48,755 bases of DNA from positions 1 through 48,755 of the forward strand of contig NW_021834399.1 of the NCBI RefSeq assembly GCF_006345805.1, given 5' to 3'. This stretch comes from Octopus sinensis. Its lineage: Eukaryota. The translations under genes and the position numbers were made by a program. The notes beneath the pieces are model-generated. The model saw only the letters and a list, made by a program, of their open reading frames with translations, searched no databases and had not been told where the DNA came from. Each line of letters begins with the position of its first letter. Positions within the stretch are counted from its first letter, which is position 1. Positions 48,178 through 48,755 of the stretch are shown one piece after another.

Positions 48178-48442
48178 TCACACACACACAACACACACAC
48201 AACACACACACTCACACACACATATATATATGTTTATGCGTGTGTGTTTGTTACCCGACCGTCTCTTGATAACCAATGTTGGTGTGTTTACGTCTCCGTA
48301 ACCTAGCGTTTCGGCAAAAGACACCAATAAAATAAGTACTAAACTTACAAAAAATAAGACCTGGTGTCGATTTGTTAGATTAAAAGCTGTGCTCGTGCAT
48401 GGTCACAGTCAAATGACTGAAACAAGTAAAAGAATAAAAGAA
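47967..48442 (+). mobile_element. tRNA-derived SINE family B with expanded internal (CA)n
   Basis: A-box-like 'gtggctgtgtagtaag', B-box-like 'gagttcagttcc', 'gcctcgggccga..aaagccttgtgag' and tail 'aaatgactgaaacaagtaaaagaataaaag'. Confidence 0.9.
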
Positions 48443-48559
48443 TGAACGAATATATACGGATACGCAAATACTAATTCTGTCAATGTGGAAGAATTTTTGT
48501 CGTAATTCATAGTTTTCATTTTGTCCATACAAAATATTAACGCACCTGAACACTCACGG

Positions 48560-48635
<76 letters not shown>

Positions 48636-48755
48636 CTATACTGACCTGTGCGTGTATTCAATGTATTTATTCTCACCCACCTGTGTTGTTGAAAATCACA
48701 GTGACACTTAATTAGACTTCATTAATTTTCATTAAAATCTCTCTCTCTTTCTAAC

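Overview
AT-rich eukaryotic non-coding DNA, intergenic or inside a large intron, saturated with microsatellites and decayed transposable elements. The SINE families look like those of Octopus (coleoid cephalopod); this is from recall and was not checked against a database. No host protein-coding gene, rRNA or true tRNA gene is supported, and most ORF-track entries are microsatellite read-throughs. Manual translation through stops and frameshifts recovers: five Penelope-like element (PLE) fragments (RT thumb and GIY-YIG), a fossil Helitron Rep/PIF1 helicase plus a non-autonomous Helitron, RTE and R4/Dong-type LINE pieces, a Tigger/pogo element, a Chapaev3-like element, a full-length dead mariner and several tRNA-derived SINE families. 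The most interesting signal is a set of unrelated short non-coding fold-back units carrying type I hammerhead ribozyme (HHR) motifs, at 2060-2616, 21676-22107 and 43753-44344. These have palindromic minimal stem III, unusually long stem II, an inverted truncated copy and microsatellite flanks, and look like PLE-mobilised, retrozyme-like elements. About six more HHR-like cores occur, four of them with the same CCGANGA core variant. All alignments and folds were done by eye, so coordinates of degenerate elements are approximate.
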